This document shows positions 1-12,224 of a stretch of 64,000 nucleotides of DNA, piece by piece. Both the position numbers and the translations under genes were made by a program. This DNA comes from Octopus sinensis (taxonomy: Eukaryota): positions 22,939,360 to 23,003,359 of the forward strand of contig NC_043019.1 of assembly GCF_006345805.1 (NCBI RefSeq), written 5' to 3'. Position 1 is the first letter of the stretch, and each line of letters begins with the position of its first letter. The notes beneath the pieces were generated by a model that worked only from the letters and a program-made list of their open reading frames with translations, had not been told where the DNA came from and made no database searches.

Positions 1-840
1 GTGTGTATATGTATATTTATATATATTAGTTATTATTTGATGTTCTAGCAAGACATCCATTTTAAGTTGGACACACACACACATGCACACTCACACACAC
101 ACATATAGTTAGATATATATATACACACTCACACACATACAGATACACATATTTATGCATAAATATATACATATACACGTAAATCTATATACATACATAT
201 ATATACACACACACACACACCCACCCACACATGCCATAAGCCCCTTTAAGAAGCCCAAATGCAAACGCATCTATATTACTATAATATATCATTAAATATC
301 GATCAAACCACAGATAGGAACAGTACCATGAATCTGCAATAAATTGGAGGACCAAGGCAACCACTTACTTACCAGATGACCACTCTCATTAGTCGATTTG
401 CTCGACTAAAGACGGTGCTCCAGCATGGCCACAGTCAAATGACTGAAACAAGTAAAAGAGTAAAGAGTAGAAGTGTGCAAGAAAAAAAATACATCATTTT
501 CCATTTTACTGATAGTTTTGTTTCATTTTGAAAGATAAAAATTTATGGCGGTGCCCCAGCATGGCCACAGCTCGTGAGATGAAACTAGATAGAATTAAAA
601 AAAAAAAATTTATGCTATAATTTATTATCAGGGAGTGGCTTCTTTACCTCAAACTCTGTGTGCATATATCTTTCCCTCAAACCTTGTATGTATATATCAT
701 TCAGAAAATAACCATTTCCATGTGTTTAAATAATTTCTGAAATAAACATACATTTCATTTCAAAGGCTCCAAGGAAACTCTTAGATGTTGCACATGCATT
801 CAGCTCCGAGTGCACTGCATCTTGTGGCAGAAACAGCTCT

Positions 841-1229
841 TTTACTTTCTTTACTCTTTTATTTGTTTCAGTCATTTGACTGTGGCCAGTTGGAGCACCG
901 CCTTTAGTCGAGCAAATCGACCCCAGGACTTATTCTATCAGTCTGTTTTGCTGAACCCCGAAGTTACGGGGACGTAAACACACCAGCATCGGTTGTCAAG
1001 CGATGTTGGGGGGACAAACACAGACACACAACCATATATACACACACACATATATATATATATATACAATGGGCTTCTTTCAGTTTCCGTCTACCAAATC
1101 CACTCACAAGGCTTTGGTCGGCCCGCGGCTATAGTAGAAGACACTTGCCCAAGGTGCCACGTAGTGGGACTGAACCCGGAACCGTGTGGTTGGTAAGCAA
1201 GCTACTTACCACGCAGCCTCTCCTGTGCC
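841..1229 (-). mobile_element. tRNA-headed SINE family A, near full length, with internal (TA)n/(CA)n tract
   Basis: Reverse complement of the family seen at 9514-9910 and 32438-32836: head GGC(G/A)CAGGAG(T/A)GGCTG(T/C)GTGG...GGTTCAGTCCCAC (A/B-box-like), internal microsatellite, 3' tail ...GACTGAAACAA(G/A)TAAAAGAGTAAA. Confidence 0.85.
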
Positions 1230-1489
1230 TATGAGTTAACTTTCACCATGGCAAATTGTCCTCAACAGCACAATCTCTGGCAGTTCCTCTTCTGTGCTAT
1301 TTTAATTTCAGTAACATCTAAATTCTCTCAGCATTTATCGTTAATACTATTTCAATAACATCTAAACTCGCTCAGCATTTATCGTAATACTATTTCAATT
1401 ACATCAAGCACAGCGGTATTCACACTCTTTCAACCAGCAATGAAGTTGAGCATCAAAAATCTCAAAAGAATTTGACATTTTCTTTTATG

Positions 1490-2270
1490 TGGCGAGCTGG
1501 CAGAAACGTTAGCACGCCGGGCGAAATGCGTGGCCGTATTTCGTCATCCGTTACGTTCTGAGTTCAAATTCCGCCGAGGTCAACTTTACCTTTCATTCTT
1601 TCGGGGTCGATAAATAAAGTACCAGTTATGTACTGGGGTCGATGTAATCGACTTAATCCCTTTGTCTGTCTTTGTTTGTCCCTACTATGTTTAGCCCCTT
1701 GTGGGCAATAAAGAAATAAGTATTTCGTCTGCCGTTATGTTGTGAGTTCAAATTCCGCTGAGGTCAACTTTACCTTTCATCTTCTCGGGGTCGATAAATA
1801 AAGTACCAGTTACATACTGGGGTCGATGTAATCGACTTAATCCCTTTGTCTGTCTTTGTTTGTCCCCACTATGTTTAGCCCCTTGTGGGCAATAAAGAAA
1901 TAAGTATTTCGTCTGCCGTTATGTTCTGAGTTCAAATTCCGCCAAGGTCGACTTTACCTTTCATCCTTTCGGAGTCGATAAATAAAGTACCAGTTACGTA
2001 CTGGGGTCGATGTAATCGACTTAATCCCTTTGTCTGTCTTTGTTTGTCCCCACTATGTTTAGCCCCTTGTGGGCAATAAAGAAATAAGTATTTCGTCTGC
2101 CGTTATGTTCTGAGTTCAAATTCCGCCAAGGTCGACTTTACCTTTCATCCTTTCAGGGTCGATAAATAAAGTACCAGTTATGTACTGGGGTCGATGTAAT
2201 CGACTTAATCCCTTTGTCTGTCTTTGTTTGTCCCCACTATGTTTAGCCCCTTGTGGGCAATAAAGAAATA
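1490..2270 (+). mobile_element. SINE family B with its 184-bp body repeated 4 times in tandem
   Basis: One head (GTGGCGAGCTGGCAGAAACGTTAGC), then units starting GTATTTCGTC at 1536, 1720, 1904 and 2088 (period 184), each ending GGGCAATAAAGAAATA. Confidence 0.9.
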
Positions 2271-2564
2271 TATATGTACAATTGCTGACCTCTGATGCTA
2301 GAAACAACAGCCAGCACCCAACAGCTAACTGACTGCTGATCACAAGATCACCATCCAGATAACAGCTCCTAGCAGTTAGCCATTCAGCTCATGCACAAAT
2401 GATCTTCTACACACAACATCTATTGGAAGGGGACTGATCTGGGGCTTAATAACAAGAACTATGACAATGACATTCTCTGATTCAAGTTGTAGGGGAGAAG
2501 TGGGGGCGCATAGATGATAATCATTTCCTGATGTCACAGAGGATTGCTACCTAACAACAACAAC

Positions 2565-2755
2565 AACAACAATACTTCAGCTACCATCTCTGCTATCATT
2601 GCTTGTCACCACCATCACAACCACCACCACACTTGTTGTTAAGGTGGCAGTGGTGGTGGTGGTGGTGATGGGGTGGGACCTTCATCCCCATCATCAGCAC
2701 TGACACACTACTACTACTGCTGCTGCTGCTACTACTACTACTACTACTATTGCTG

Positions 2756-2804
<49 letters not shown>

Positions 2805-2889
2805 CGCTACTGCTGCTGCTACTGTCACCACCACCACCACCACTACTACTACTACTACTGCTGATGATGATGATGTTGCTACTGCCACC

Positions 2890-2930
<41 letters not shown>
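2565..2930. repeat. Compound trinucleotide microsatellite (CAA/CCA/CTA/CTG)
   Basis: Direct reading; source of the poly-Y, poly-L and poly-V ORFs. Confidence 0.95.
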
Positions 2931-3341
2931 ACTATTGTTTAACTGCTGCCACCAACGCCACCACCAAGGCTACACCATCATTCACAACACCACCACCATC
3001 TCCACTAACAAATATACATATGTGCACGTGTGCATGTTTGTGTATTTTGCATGAGTGTATGCAAGCATTGTATCATATATGTATGTTTGCGTGTATGTGT
3101 GTAGAGCACATTGTTTTGTTTGTGTAGATGTGTTTTTTGTGTGTGTATTGCCGTGTGTGTGTGTGTGTGTAAGTGTGTGTAAGTGTTTTAATGTGCACTT
3201 GTGTATGTGAGCTGTTGTGTGTTACATTAAGTGTTTTTGTAATGTGTTTATATATACATGTGTGTGTACATGTATCTGGGTGTGTGATTATGTATACATG
3301 TGTATGTGTATGCGTTTGTTTGCATGCAACTTGTGAATGTA

Positions 3342-3694
3342 TGCGGCTTAGTGGTTTGGTTATTCGGCCCAGAATATGAAAGTTCTGGGTTCAATAACTG
3401 GTGGCGCATTCTGTCCTTGAGCAAGACAATTTATTTTACATTGCACTGGTTCACTCAGCTGGTGAAAATGAGTCATTCAAAAGGGCCAGTTTTGTCATAT
3501 TCTGTGTCACATTGAATCTCCCACAGAGCTTCGTCAAGGGTATGGCTGTGTGGTAAGAGGCTTGCTTCCCAACCATATGGCTCTGGGTTCAGTCCCATTG
3601 CATGGCACCTTGGGCATGTGTCTTCTACCATAGCCTCAGCCTAACCAAAGCCTTGTGAGTGGATTTGATAGACGGAAACTGAAAGAAGCCTGTC

Positions 3695-3740
<46 letters not shown>

Positions 3741-4110
3741 TATATATATATACATATGTGTGTGTGAATGTATGAATGTATGTATCTGTGTCTTTGGGTC
3801 TGTGTTTGTCGTCCTCCCCATTACCGCTTGACAACAGGTGTTGGTGTGTTTACGTCCCAGTAACTTAGTGGGTTGGCAAAAGAGACTGATAGAATAAGCA
3901 CCTAGCTTTGAAAAAGAGATAAGTACTGGGGTTGATTCATTCAACTAAAATTCTTCAAGGTGGTGCTCCAGCCTGGCCACAGTCAAATGACTGCAACAAG
4001 TAAAAGAGTAAAAGAATGTCTGTGGAGCACTCAGCCACTTGCGCCTTAATTTCATAAATAGTCTGTTCTGTTGATCAGATCAAATGAAACACTTGTCATC
4101 GTAACCGCCG
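3342..4110 (+). mobile_element. SINE family C interrupted by a family A copy (about 3541-4016)
   Basis: tRNA-like head, then TGTCCTTGAGCAAGACA (CORE-like); the C body stops at AAGGGT (3540) and resumes at ATGTCTGTGGAGCACTCAGCCAC (about 4017). Confidence 0.7.
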
Positions 4111-4221
4111 GAGTGATAGTCATGTGTGTGTATATATATATATGCATGGTGTAGCTGTAATTGAAAGGGCCAGCCATGCCACATTCTGTGTTATGCTGAA
4201 TCTCCCTGAGAACTAGATTAA

Positions 4222-4675
4222 CCCTTTCGTTACCAACCCGGCTGAAACTGCCTCTGGCTCTGAGTACAAATGTCTTGTTTTCATAAGTTTTGAATTAAAA
4301 TCCTCCACCAAACCTTAGTCACAATTTATGTTCCTAACACTAGTGTAACCCTTTAGTGTTCGCATTATTCTGCCAAAATTAATGCTTTTTTATCCACATT
4401 GTTTTGAACTAATCATGCATTATCTTGAAGTTATGAGATTTTGATGAGGTAGCTGTTAATTTTTAAAACAATATTGTAGGGTTGGTGTGAGAGACCAGAT
4501 CTGGCCAGTTTGACCATAAAACAGGCAGAACACTTTTGGCCGGATATGGCCGGTTTAAATGCTAAAGGGTTAATGATAACTGAGTTATTTTACTAAATTC
4601 TTTGTTATATTTAAAATATTTAAAATAATTGAAAGAAACATAGGGCATCTCAAAATAAATATCGTAACAAAAGGG
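4222..4675. mobile_element. piggyBac-type MITE 1 with TTAA target site, inserted into a SINE C copy (4144-4790)
   Basis: TTAA at 4218-4221 and 4676-4679; termini CCCTTTCGTTAC / GTAACAAAAGGG; removing it rejoins GAGAACTAGATTAA|GGGTTCACATGTCTG. Confidence 0.85.
4349..4569. mobile_element. piggyBac-type MITE 2 nested in MITE 1
   Basis: Termini CCCTTTAG / CTAAAGGG, flanked by GTAA (4345) and TTAA (4570); same family at 29221-29681 and 55048-55278. Confidence 0.8.
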
Positions 4676-5027
4676 TTAAGGGTTCACATGTCTGTGAAGT
4701 GCTCAGCCAATTGCATGTTAATTTCACAAGCAGGCTGTTCCAGTGATCGGATCAAGTGGACCCCTTGTCATTGTAATCAATAGAGCTCTTGCTTTTCTTA
4801 TTGAATGATGCTTAAATTGTGGTCCACTTGAGCTGGGCATACTACAAGGTGAGCATCTCAGGGGTCTTGTTTGTTTGTTTGTTTGTTTACTAAATCCTAG
4901 CTCAACTCAGCTGTGTCCCAGCAGTGCCAGGTTTTTGTTTTTTTTGCATGCCTCTTGTGCTATGTAGTGAGTGGTAACATATATACACACACGTGTGTGT
5001 GTTTGCATGCATGTGTGTATATGTATG

Positions 5028-5068
<41 letters not shown>

Positions 5069-5784
5069 CTACATGATCAGGCAATTTGTATGTCTAAATA
5101 CTTAATTACAGATATCTCTCTGAACACCCCATAACTTACTCCTCTGTCTACCCATCCCCATATCCACCCCAGCACTTACACCCACCTATGCACACCTCTA
5201 CTCCACCCCACTTACTACCTTATTATTTTAATTACCTCCAAGAAATTTCTTATCTCATCCATGTAGCTGAAAAGAAGAGAAAGATATGGTGGTGGCAGTG
5301 GTGGTGGTGGTGGTGGTGGTGTTATGTGGTGGTGGTGGTGGTGGTGGTGAGAGCAGTTGTGGTGATGCCCTCAAAGAACACCGCAGCTACCACCACCAAA
5401 CCAGCATTATCACAACCACCCCACCTCCATCTAAACTCCATGTCTCCACAAAGCCGAGACCCCTCACCCTACATTCCAACATGCCCCAACTGTCTGGACA
5501 TGTTTAAACTCTTTCTTTCTCTCCTCCCCCCCTCTCTCCTCCCCCCTCTCTCCTTCCCTCTAAATGGAAATTCTTGTGATGACTGCTACAGCAGACAAAA
5601 ACAAACTTGACTCTACCACAACCCAAAAGTTGCTGCTTTCCTGCACCTTTCATCGGTATTGGGTTCATCCCTGCACAGTGTTTGGGATCAGTGAGGCTAG
5701 TGAGGTTACAACTGTGTGTGCGTGTTCTGAGACCCTGTCTCTCTCTCTCTCTCTCTCTCTCTGTTACATCAACACTGGTGTTCA

Positions 5785-6090
5785 TGGTAGCTGAGTAATA
5801 AGAAGTTTGCTTCACAATCACATGGTTCTGGGTTCAGTCCCACCGTGTGGCACCTTTGGAAATGTACATATTTGTGTATGTATTTGTCTCCCACCACCAC
5901 TTGACAATGAATGTTGGTGTGTTTACATCCCATTAACTTAGCAGTTCAACAGAGACCGATAGAATAAGCACCAGGCTTAACAAGGAAATAAGTACCAGAG
6001 TCAATTCATTTGACTAAAATTCCTCAAAGTGGTGCCCCAGTATGGCCACAGTCTAATGACTGAAACAAGCAAAAGATAAAAGATAAAAGA
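5785..6090 (+). mobile_element. SINE family A, diverged and internally deleted
   Basis: Head GGTAGCTGAGT...GGGTTCAGTCCCACC and tail GACTGAAACAAGC(AAAGAT)n. Confidence 0.7.
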
Positions 6091-7439
6091 TGAACCAACT
6101 TTTTACAAGTATGACCAAATGGTTAAGAAGTTTTTCTTTGCAACTACAAGGTTCCAGGTTCAATCCCACAGCATGCCAGCTTTGAGTAAACATCATTTTC
6201 TACAACATCAAAAAGGCAGACCACCCTCTTCTTGGCTGAAAGACATCACAGCCACAGGATTGTCTTTATCCTCAGCTGTCCATGGAGTAGAGGACAGGAG
6301 AAGGTGACAAGACATCGTGATGACCACAGCATCGCATAGTGCAACACCTGACCAGGATGATGATGATGAGGATGACCAGTAATTTCAGTGGAGCGGGTAG
6401 TCAATTATATCGACCTCAGTGCTTGGCTGGTTCTTGTTTTATTGATCTTCAAAAGGATGTCAGGCAAGGTCAGCCTCAGTGGAAATTCAACTCAGAACTT
6501 AGACAGATGAGATACTGCTAAGCATTTTGTCTGGCATCCTAAATAATAATAATAATAATAATAATAATCCTTTCTACTATATGCACAAGGCCTGAAATGT
6601 GGGGTAGGGAACTAGTTGATTACATCAACCCCAGTGTTTCACTGGTACTTAATTTATCAACCCCAAAAGGATGAAAGGCAAAGTTGACCTTGGCAGAATT
6701 TGAACTCAGAACACGAAGATTGATGAAATGGCACTAAGTATTTTGCCTGCTGGGCTAACAATTCTGCCAGCTTGCCACTTTAATAATGGATCACAAATAC
6801 TAAAAATGAACAACCACCCAGACAGGCAAGCAGTACCCTCACCCTCACCCCCCCCCCATTTATTATCACTATCACAAAGTATTGCCGATGGTGGTAGTGG
6901 TAGTGGTCATGATTAATTAATTATAGTAGTGGGTACAGTGGTGGTAGTGGTGGTGGTGGGGGGGTGAGGGTGGTGGGGGTGATGGGGGGTGGTTAAAGCA
7001 GTAGTACTGGTAGTTGTAGCAGTAATGGTAAAAATAGTAAGGTTGACAGTAGCATTAGAACTGGTTGTGGTGGTGTTTATAATGGTAGACAGAGGTGAGA
7101 GGGTGAAAGCAGTAGTAGTAGTAGTAGTAGTGGTGGTGGTGGTGAGAGGGAAGAGTCTAAATTTTGAGGTTAAGGTGGATAACAGAGAAGAGGTAACAGA
7201 GTTGGATTTCTTCTTCTTCTTCTTCTCTTCCTCCCCTCCCCCATCTTCCTCCTTTCCCCCTCTCACCCCTCCGCTTCCTTCTCCCCATCCTCCTACCCCA
7301 CTGTACTTGCCTGGTATTGAACCCAACCACAACAAAGGTCAACCCAGTCACATGAACCCCAACAGCTGGAATTAAAAACAAATAAATGAAGGACAAAATA
7401 TTTAAAGTATAAAAATGGGATCAGAGGCGGGGGGGGGAA

Positions 7440-8170
7440 GGAATGGGGGGGGTGATGATTATAGCAGTGGTAGTAGTTGTGGTGGGGTGGTTAGGGGTTG
7501 TGGGGGTGATAGTGGTGGTAGCAGTGGTGGGGGTCGTAATAGTGGTAGCAGCAGTAGTGATGATAGTGGAGGTGCTGGTGGTATCAGCAGTGGTGGTGGT
7601 GGTGGCGGTGGTGGTGGTAGTAGTATTGGTGGTGGTAGTAGTATTGGTGGTGGTAGTAGTAGTGGTGGTGGTAGTAGTAGTGGAGTGGTAGTATATGTGG
7701 TGGTAGTAGTAGTGGTGGTGTAGTAGTATGGTGGTGGTAGTAGTATTGGTGGTGGTAGTAGTATTGGTGGTGGTAGTAGTAGTGGTGGTGGTAGTAGTAG
7801 TGGTGGTGGTAGTAGTAGTGGTGGTGGTAGTAGTATGGTGGTGGTAGTAGTATTGGTGGTGGTAGTAGTAGTGGTGGTGGTAGTAGTGGTGGTGGTAGTA
7901 GTAGTGGTGGTGGTAGTAGTAGTGGTGGTGGTAGTAGTAGTGGTGGTGGTAGTAGTAGTGGTGGTGGTAGTAATATTGGTGGTGGTAGTAGTAGTGGTGG
8001 TGGTAGTAGTAGTGGTGGTGGTGGTAGTAGTAGTGGTGGTGGTAGTAGTAGTGGTGGTAGTAGTAGTGGTGGTGGTAGTAGTATTGGTGGTGGTAGTAGT
8101 AGTGGTGGTGGTAGTAGTAGTGGTGGTGGTGGTCATCGTGGTGGGGTGTGGTGGTGGTTGTTGTTGTGGT
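7440..8170. repeat. Long (TGG/TAG) compound microsatellite with an ~18-bp higher-order unit
   Basis: GGTGGTGGTAGTAGTAGT-type blocks recur from about 7600 to 8130. Confidence 0.9.
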
Positions 8171-8799
8171 TGTCTTTGGCGGGGTGGGTGGGGGGGAGCC
8201 CTCCTGGCAGCATTGGTCAGGGTGGTAGAGTAATAGTGTTGTAAACCAGCACTTGCAAGAAAGATGGAAGCCAAGAGAAGTTTCCAGAGGGGGATGTTGG
8301 GTGGATGGGGCGAAAGGACTGGCTGCAGTGGTTAGTGTGAATAAGGGAGGGAGGAGAGCAGACACATAAGTAACCAGAGATAAGTGGGTGGGTGGATGGA
8401 TGGATGGATGGATAAACAAGTAGGACAGGGCGGTACCTAAATAGTGCAGGTACCAAAGCCAGTCAACTGTGAGGAACTGTGAGCCCATTATAGTAACAAT
8501 AGAAAAGACAGAACACAAAGAGAGAGAAGAGGGTGGAGTGTGTGCATTTGGGATTTTATGACAATCAGTATAAAATATATATATTAGTTAAAAAATGTTT
8601 ATTAGCAACAGAGGCCATCTTGAAGAATTTTTAGTTGAATGTTTCAACACCGGAATTTACTTTTTCAAACCTGGGACTTTATTCTATTGGTTTCTTTTGC
8701 CAAACTGCTAAGTTACAGGAATTCAAACACACTAACATTGGTTGCTGCCAAGCTGTGATGAGGACAAACACAGACACAAAGATACACACCTACATACAC

Positions 8800-9025
8800 A
8801 CACATACATATGCTGTAGAAATGAGTTGCGACGTCACTGGTGCCAAGCTGTATCGACCTTTGTCTTTCCCTTGGATAACACTGGTGGCGTGGAGAGGGGA
8901 GGCTGGTATGCATGGGCGACTGCTGGTCTTCCATAAACAACCTTGCCCGGACTTGTGTCTAGGAGGGTAACTTTCTAGGTGCAATCCCATGGTCATTCAT
9001 GACCGAAGGGGGTCTTTACCCTTTA
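8800..9025 (+). mobile_element. Unclassified retroposon 3'-end fragment
   Basis: GC-richer block ending GGTCATTCATGACCGAAGGGGGTCTTTACCCTTTA and running into (TA)n; classed as a LINE/SINE tail by inference only. Confidence 0.4.
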
Positions 9026-9258
9026 TATATATATATATATTATATTATATATAATATATATATATACGACAGGCTTCTTTCAGTTTCTGTCTACTAAATC
9101 TGCTCACAAGGCATTGGTCAGCCCAAGGCTATAGTAGAAAACATAACACTTGCCCAAGGTGCCACACAGTGAGACTGAACCTAGAACTATGTGGTTGAGA
9201 AACAAGCTTCTTACCACACAGCCACACCTATTTGACAAAATTATTTTACTAATTTCTT

Positions 9259-9488
9259 ATTTCTTTATTGCCCATAAGGGGCTAAACATAGAGGGGACAA
9301 TCAAGGACAGACAAAGGGATTAACTCGATTACATCAACTCCAGTGTGTAACTGGAACTTAATTTATCGACTCCGAAAGGATGAAAGGCAAAATCAACCTC
9401 AGCGGAATTTTGAACTCAGATTGCAACGGCAGATGAAATATCACAAAGCATTTCACCCAGCAAGCTAATGTTTCTGCCAGCTCACCTC
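9259..9488 (-). mobile_element. SINE family B, full length, 15-bp TSD
   Basis: TTTTACTAATTTCTT at 9244-9258 and 9489-9503. Confidence 0.9.
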
Positions 9489-9513
9489 TTTTACTAATTT
9501 CTTCATTATTATA

Positions 9514-9659
9514 GGCGCAGGAGTGGGTGTGTGGTGAGTGGCTTGTTTTGTTTGCCAACCACATGGTTCCAGGTTCAGTGTCTTCTACTATAGCCTCGGG
9601 CCGGCCAGGGCCTTGTGGGTGGATTTGGTGGACGGAAACTGAAAGAAGCCCGTTGTGCG

Positions 9660-9691
<32 letters not shown>

Positions 9692-9910
9692 TGTGTGTGT
9701 TTGTGTGTCTGTGTTTGTCCCCCTAGCATTGCTTGACAACCGATGCTGGTGTGTTTATGTCCCCGTTACTTAGCAGTTCGGCAAAAGAGTCCGATAGAAT
9801 AAGTACTGGGCTTACAAAAGAATAAGTCCTGGGGTCGAGTTGCTCGATTAAAGGCGGTGCTCCAGCATGGCCGCAGTCAAATGACTGAAACAAGTAAAAG
9901 AGTAAAGAGT
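9514..9910 (+). mobile_element. SINE family A, full length
   Basis: GGCGCAGGAGTGGGTGTGTGG head, internal (TA)n(TG)n, tail (AAGAGT)n. Confidence 0.85.
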
Positions 9911-10472
9911 ATTTAAAAAATTTGTTGAAACAAAAGTAGCGTATTTCTACAGAACTGTGGTAACTAAGGGGTGAGGACTAAATATTTTGTATCCCAGAAC
10001 CAGAATTGGTTGTCTGAGAGAAGAGGATATATAAAGAATTTTAGATATATATGTTTGTTAGGCAACACCTTAGTATATTTTCATTACAAGTCTTTCTTGC
10101 TAAAAAAGAAAAATCTTCAAAGCCATACTGGCTTCAGCTTTGTGAAAAAAATTCCTTATCTTGCAGGAAGATGACTTGAAAGAATTAAATTATACCATGC
10201 AGAGAGAAAGAAATTGTATTTGGCACATAGGTCATAGATTCTGGCTATGAAGATATAAACTAGAGTGGAGTGGTTAGTGTGTTTGTGTGGGGCGAGGGGA
10301 GGAGCACAAAACACTAGCAGACACGGAGACATGTACAATTGCGAACACATACATACAATTATAGACACTGCCACCTACACACAGTAACACTCATATACAT
10401 ATACACATATACATGCAAACATACAAATATATATATATATATATACACGCACACACGCACACTTATATAGAG

Positions 10473-10510
<38 letters not shown>

Positions 10511-10558
10511 GTATGTATTATATATATATATACATAATTTACAAAATAAGGGCAAATA

Positions 10559-10594
<36 letters not shown>

Positions 10595-10602
10595 AATAAT
10601 AG

Positions 10603-10648
<46 letters not shown>

Positions 10649-11207
10649 ATATAATATATATATATATATGTGTATATACGTATATGTACTATATGTAGAT
10701 ACATGTGTTATAAGATAGATATGTATGTAATGTATGTTGTGTATGTATGTATGTATGCATGTGTGTATGTATGCATGTATGTTTGTATGTGTTGGTTGAT
10801 AGATAGATACATCCATCCATACATACATACACACATACACTCACATACACACATACACACAGACACATACAAACATACACGTATACAAACACACTGATAC
10901 ATATACAAACATACCTTACTCTCTCACACACACATGCACGCACACACACACGCACACACAGCAATACATACATACACACAACCACCCACACAAGTGTATA
11001 GATAGAATGGGAGAGGTTGGTTCAGTTATTTTCCTTGTGGGTAGGGGTCATATCACTTTCCTCCCCTCTGGCCCTTAAAACGTGACTGACTTGTGTTCAA
11101 CAAAGAAAAAAATGTTTTCTAGGACAGGAGTAATGTAGACCCATGTTTCCTTGTGAAAACAGACCCTAAAGACATAACCCCCCACCCATTAACACACAAT
11201 CCACATT

Positions 11208-11267
<60 letters not shown>

Positions 11268-11411
11268 TGTGTGTTTGTGTGCACACAGTCACAGCATGTA
11301 TTTGTATATTCTTTTATTTGTTTCAGCTAGGTGGCTGCGGTCATACTGGAGCACCATGTCTATAGATACACACACATATGTACACATATATAGTTAAACG
11401 CACACACATTC

Positions 11412-11445
<34 letters not shown>

Positions 11446-11505
11446 ATCTATCTATATTATACACATGCATAGACATATATGTACATATATATATATATAT
11501 ATATC

Positions 11506-11536
<31 letters not shown>

Positions 11537-11557
11537 TATATATATATATATATATAC

Positions 11558-11609
<52 letters not shown>

Positions 11610-11620
11610 TACATAGATAA

Positions 11621-11830
11621 AGTTAATCCGAACAAGAAAGCACAAAAAAACACAACAACGCGAGGACGTGGAACGAATATAGTATTATTGGACACTCGGG
11701 AAAGTAGGAAAGAAGGAGGGTTTAACGCTTCGAGCGGAGCTCTTCGTCAGAAACATAGGAGAAGGAAAGATCCAGAGAAGGGAAGACAGAGGGAAAAAAA
11801 TCGCCAACAGTACACACGAGGTCACATTTT
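11621..11830 (-). mobile_element. ~215-bp hammerhead-bearing dispersed element (Penelope pLTR-like or retrozyme-like), copy 1
   Basis: Reverse complement aligns end to end with 39692-39908 and 59256-59468; core at 11720-11754 reads GTTTCTGACGAAGAGCTCCGCTCGAAGCGTTAAAC (A15.1>G). Confidence 0.75.
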
Positions 11831-12110
11831 AAAAGGATATATATGTATGTGTGTGTGTGCATGCAGGGTTGTGTGCGTGTATGTCCAGTGTGTTTGTATA
11901 CATGTAAGTGTTTTTGTGTGATGGTGTATATATATTTGTGTGTGTGTGTGTATTGGTGCAGGAGTGGCTGTGTGGTAAGTATCTTGCTTACCAAGCACAT
12001 GGTTCACTCCTGCTGTGTGGCAGCCTGGGCAAATATCTTCAATGATAACCTCAGGCCGACCAAAGCCTTGTGAGTAGATTTGGTAGATGGAAACTGAAAG
12101 AATCCCGTAG

Positions 12111-12142
<32 letters not shown>

Positions 12143-12224
12143 TGTATGTATGTATGTATGTATGTATGTATGATGTATGTATGTATGTTGTATGTATGTA
12201 TGCATGCATGCATGCATATGTATA

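Noticed and set aside
367-390. Strong minus-strand splice donor CTG|GTAAGT
   Set aside because: Only 18 nt separate it from a SINE, and no acceptor or exon could be defined.
1311-1405. ~43-bp tandem duplication; also a 10-bp x3 repeat at 20458-20489
   Set aside because: Ordinary local slippage duplications.
1536-2270. 184-bp tandem array as a CRISPR array or satellite of unknown origin
   Set aside because: There are no unique spacers; each unit is the body of SINE B found as monomers elsewhere in the window, and the DNA is eukaryotic.
7421-8518. 365-aa His/Tyr/Thr-rich ORF and overlapping Val-rich or Gly/Ser-rich ORFs
   Set aside because: These are open frames in a stop-poor trinucleotide microsatellite on several frames at once, with no domain or splice support.
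9514-9600. SINE heads as functional tRNA genes
   Set aside because: A/B-box-like motifs are present, but no cloverleaf could be drawn and they continue into SINE bodies.
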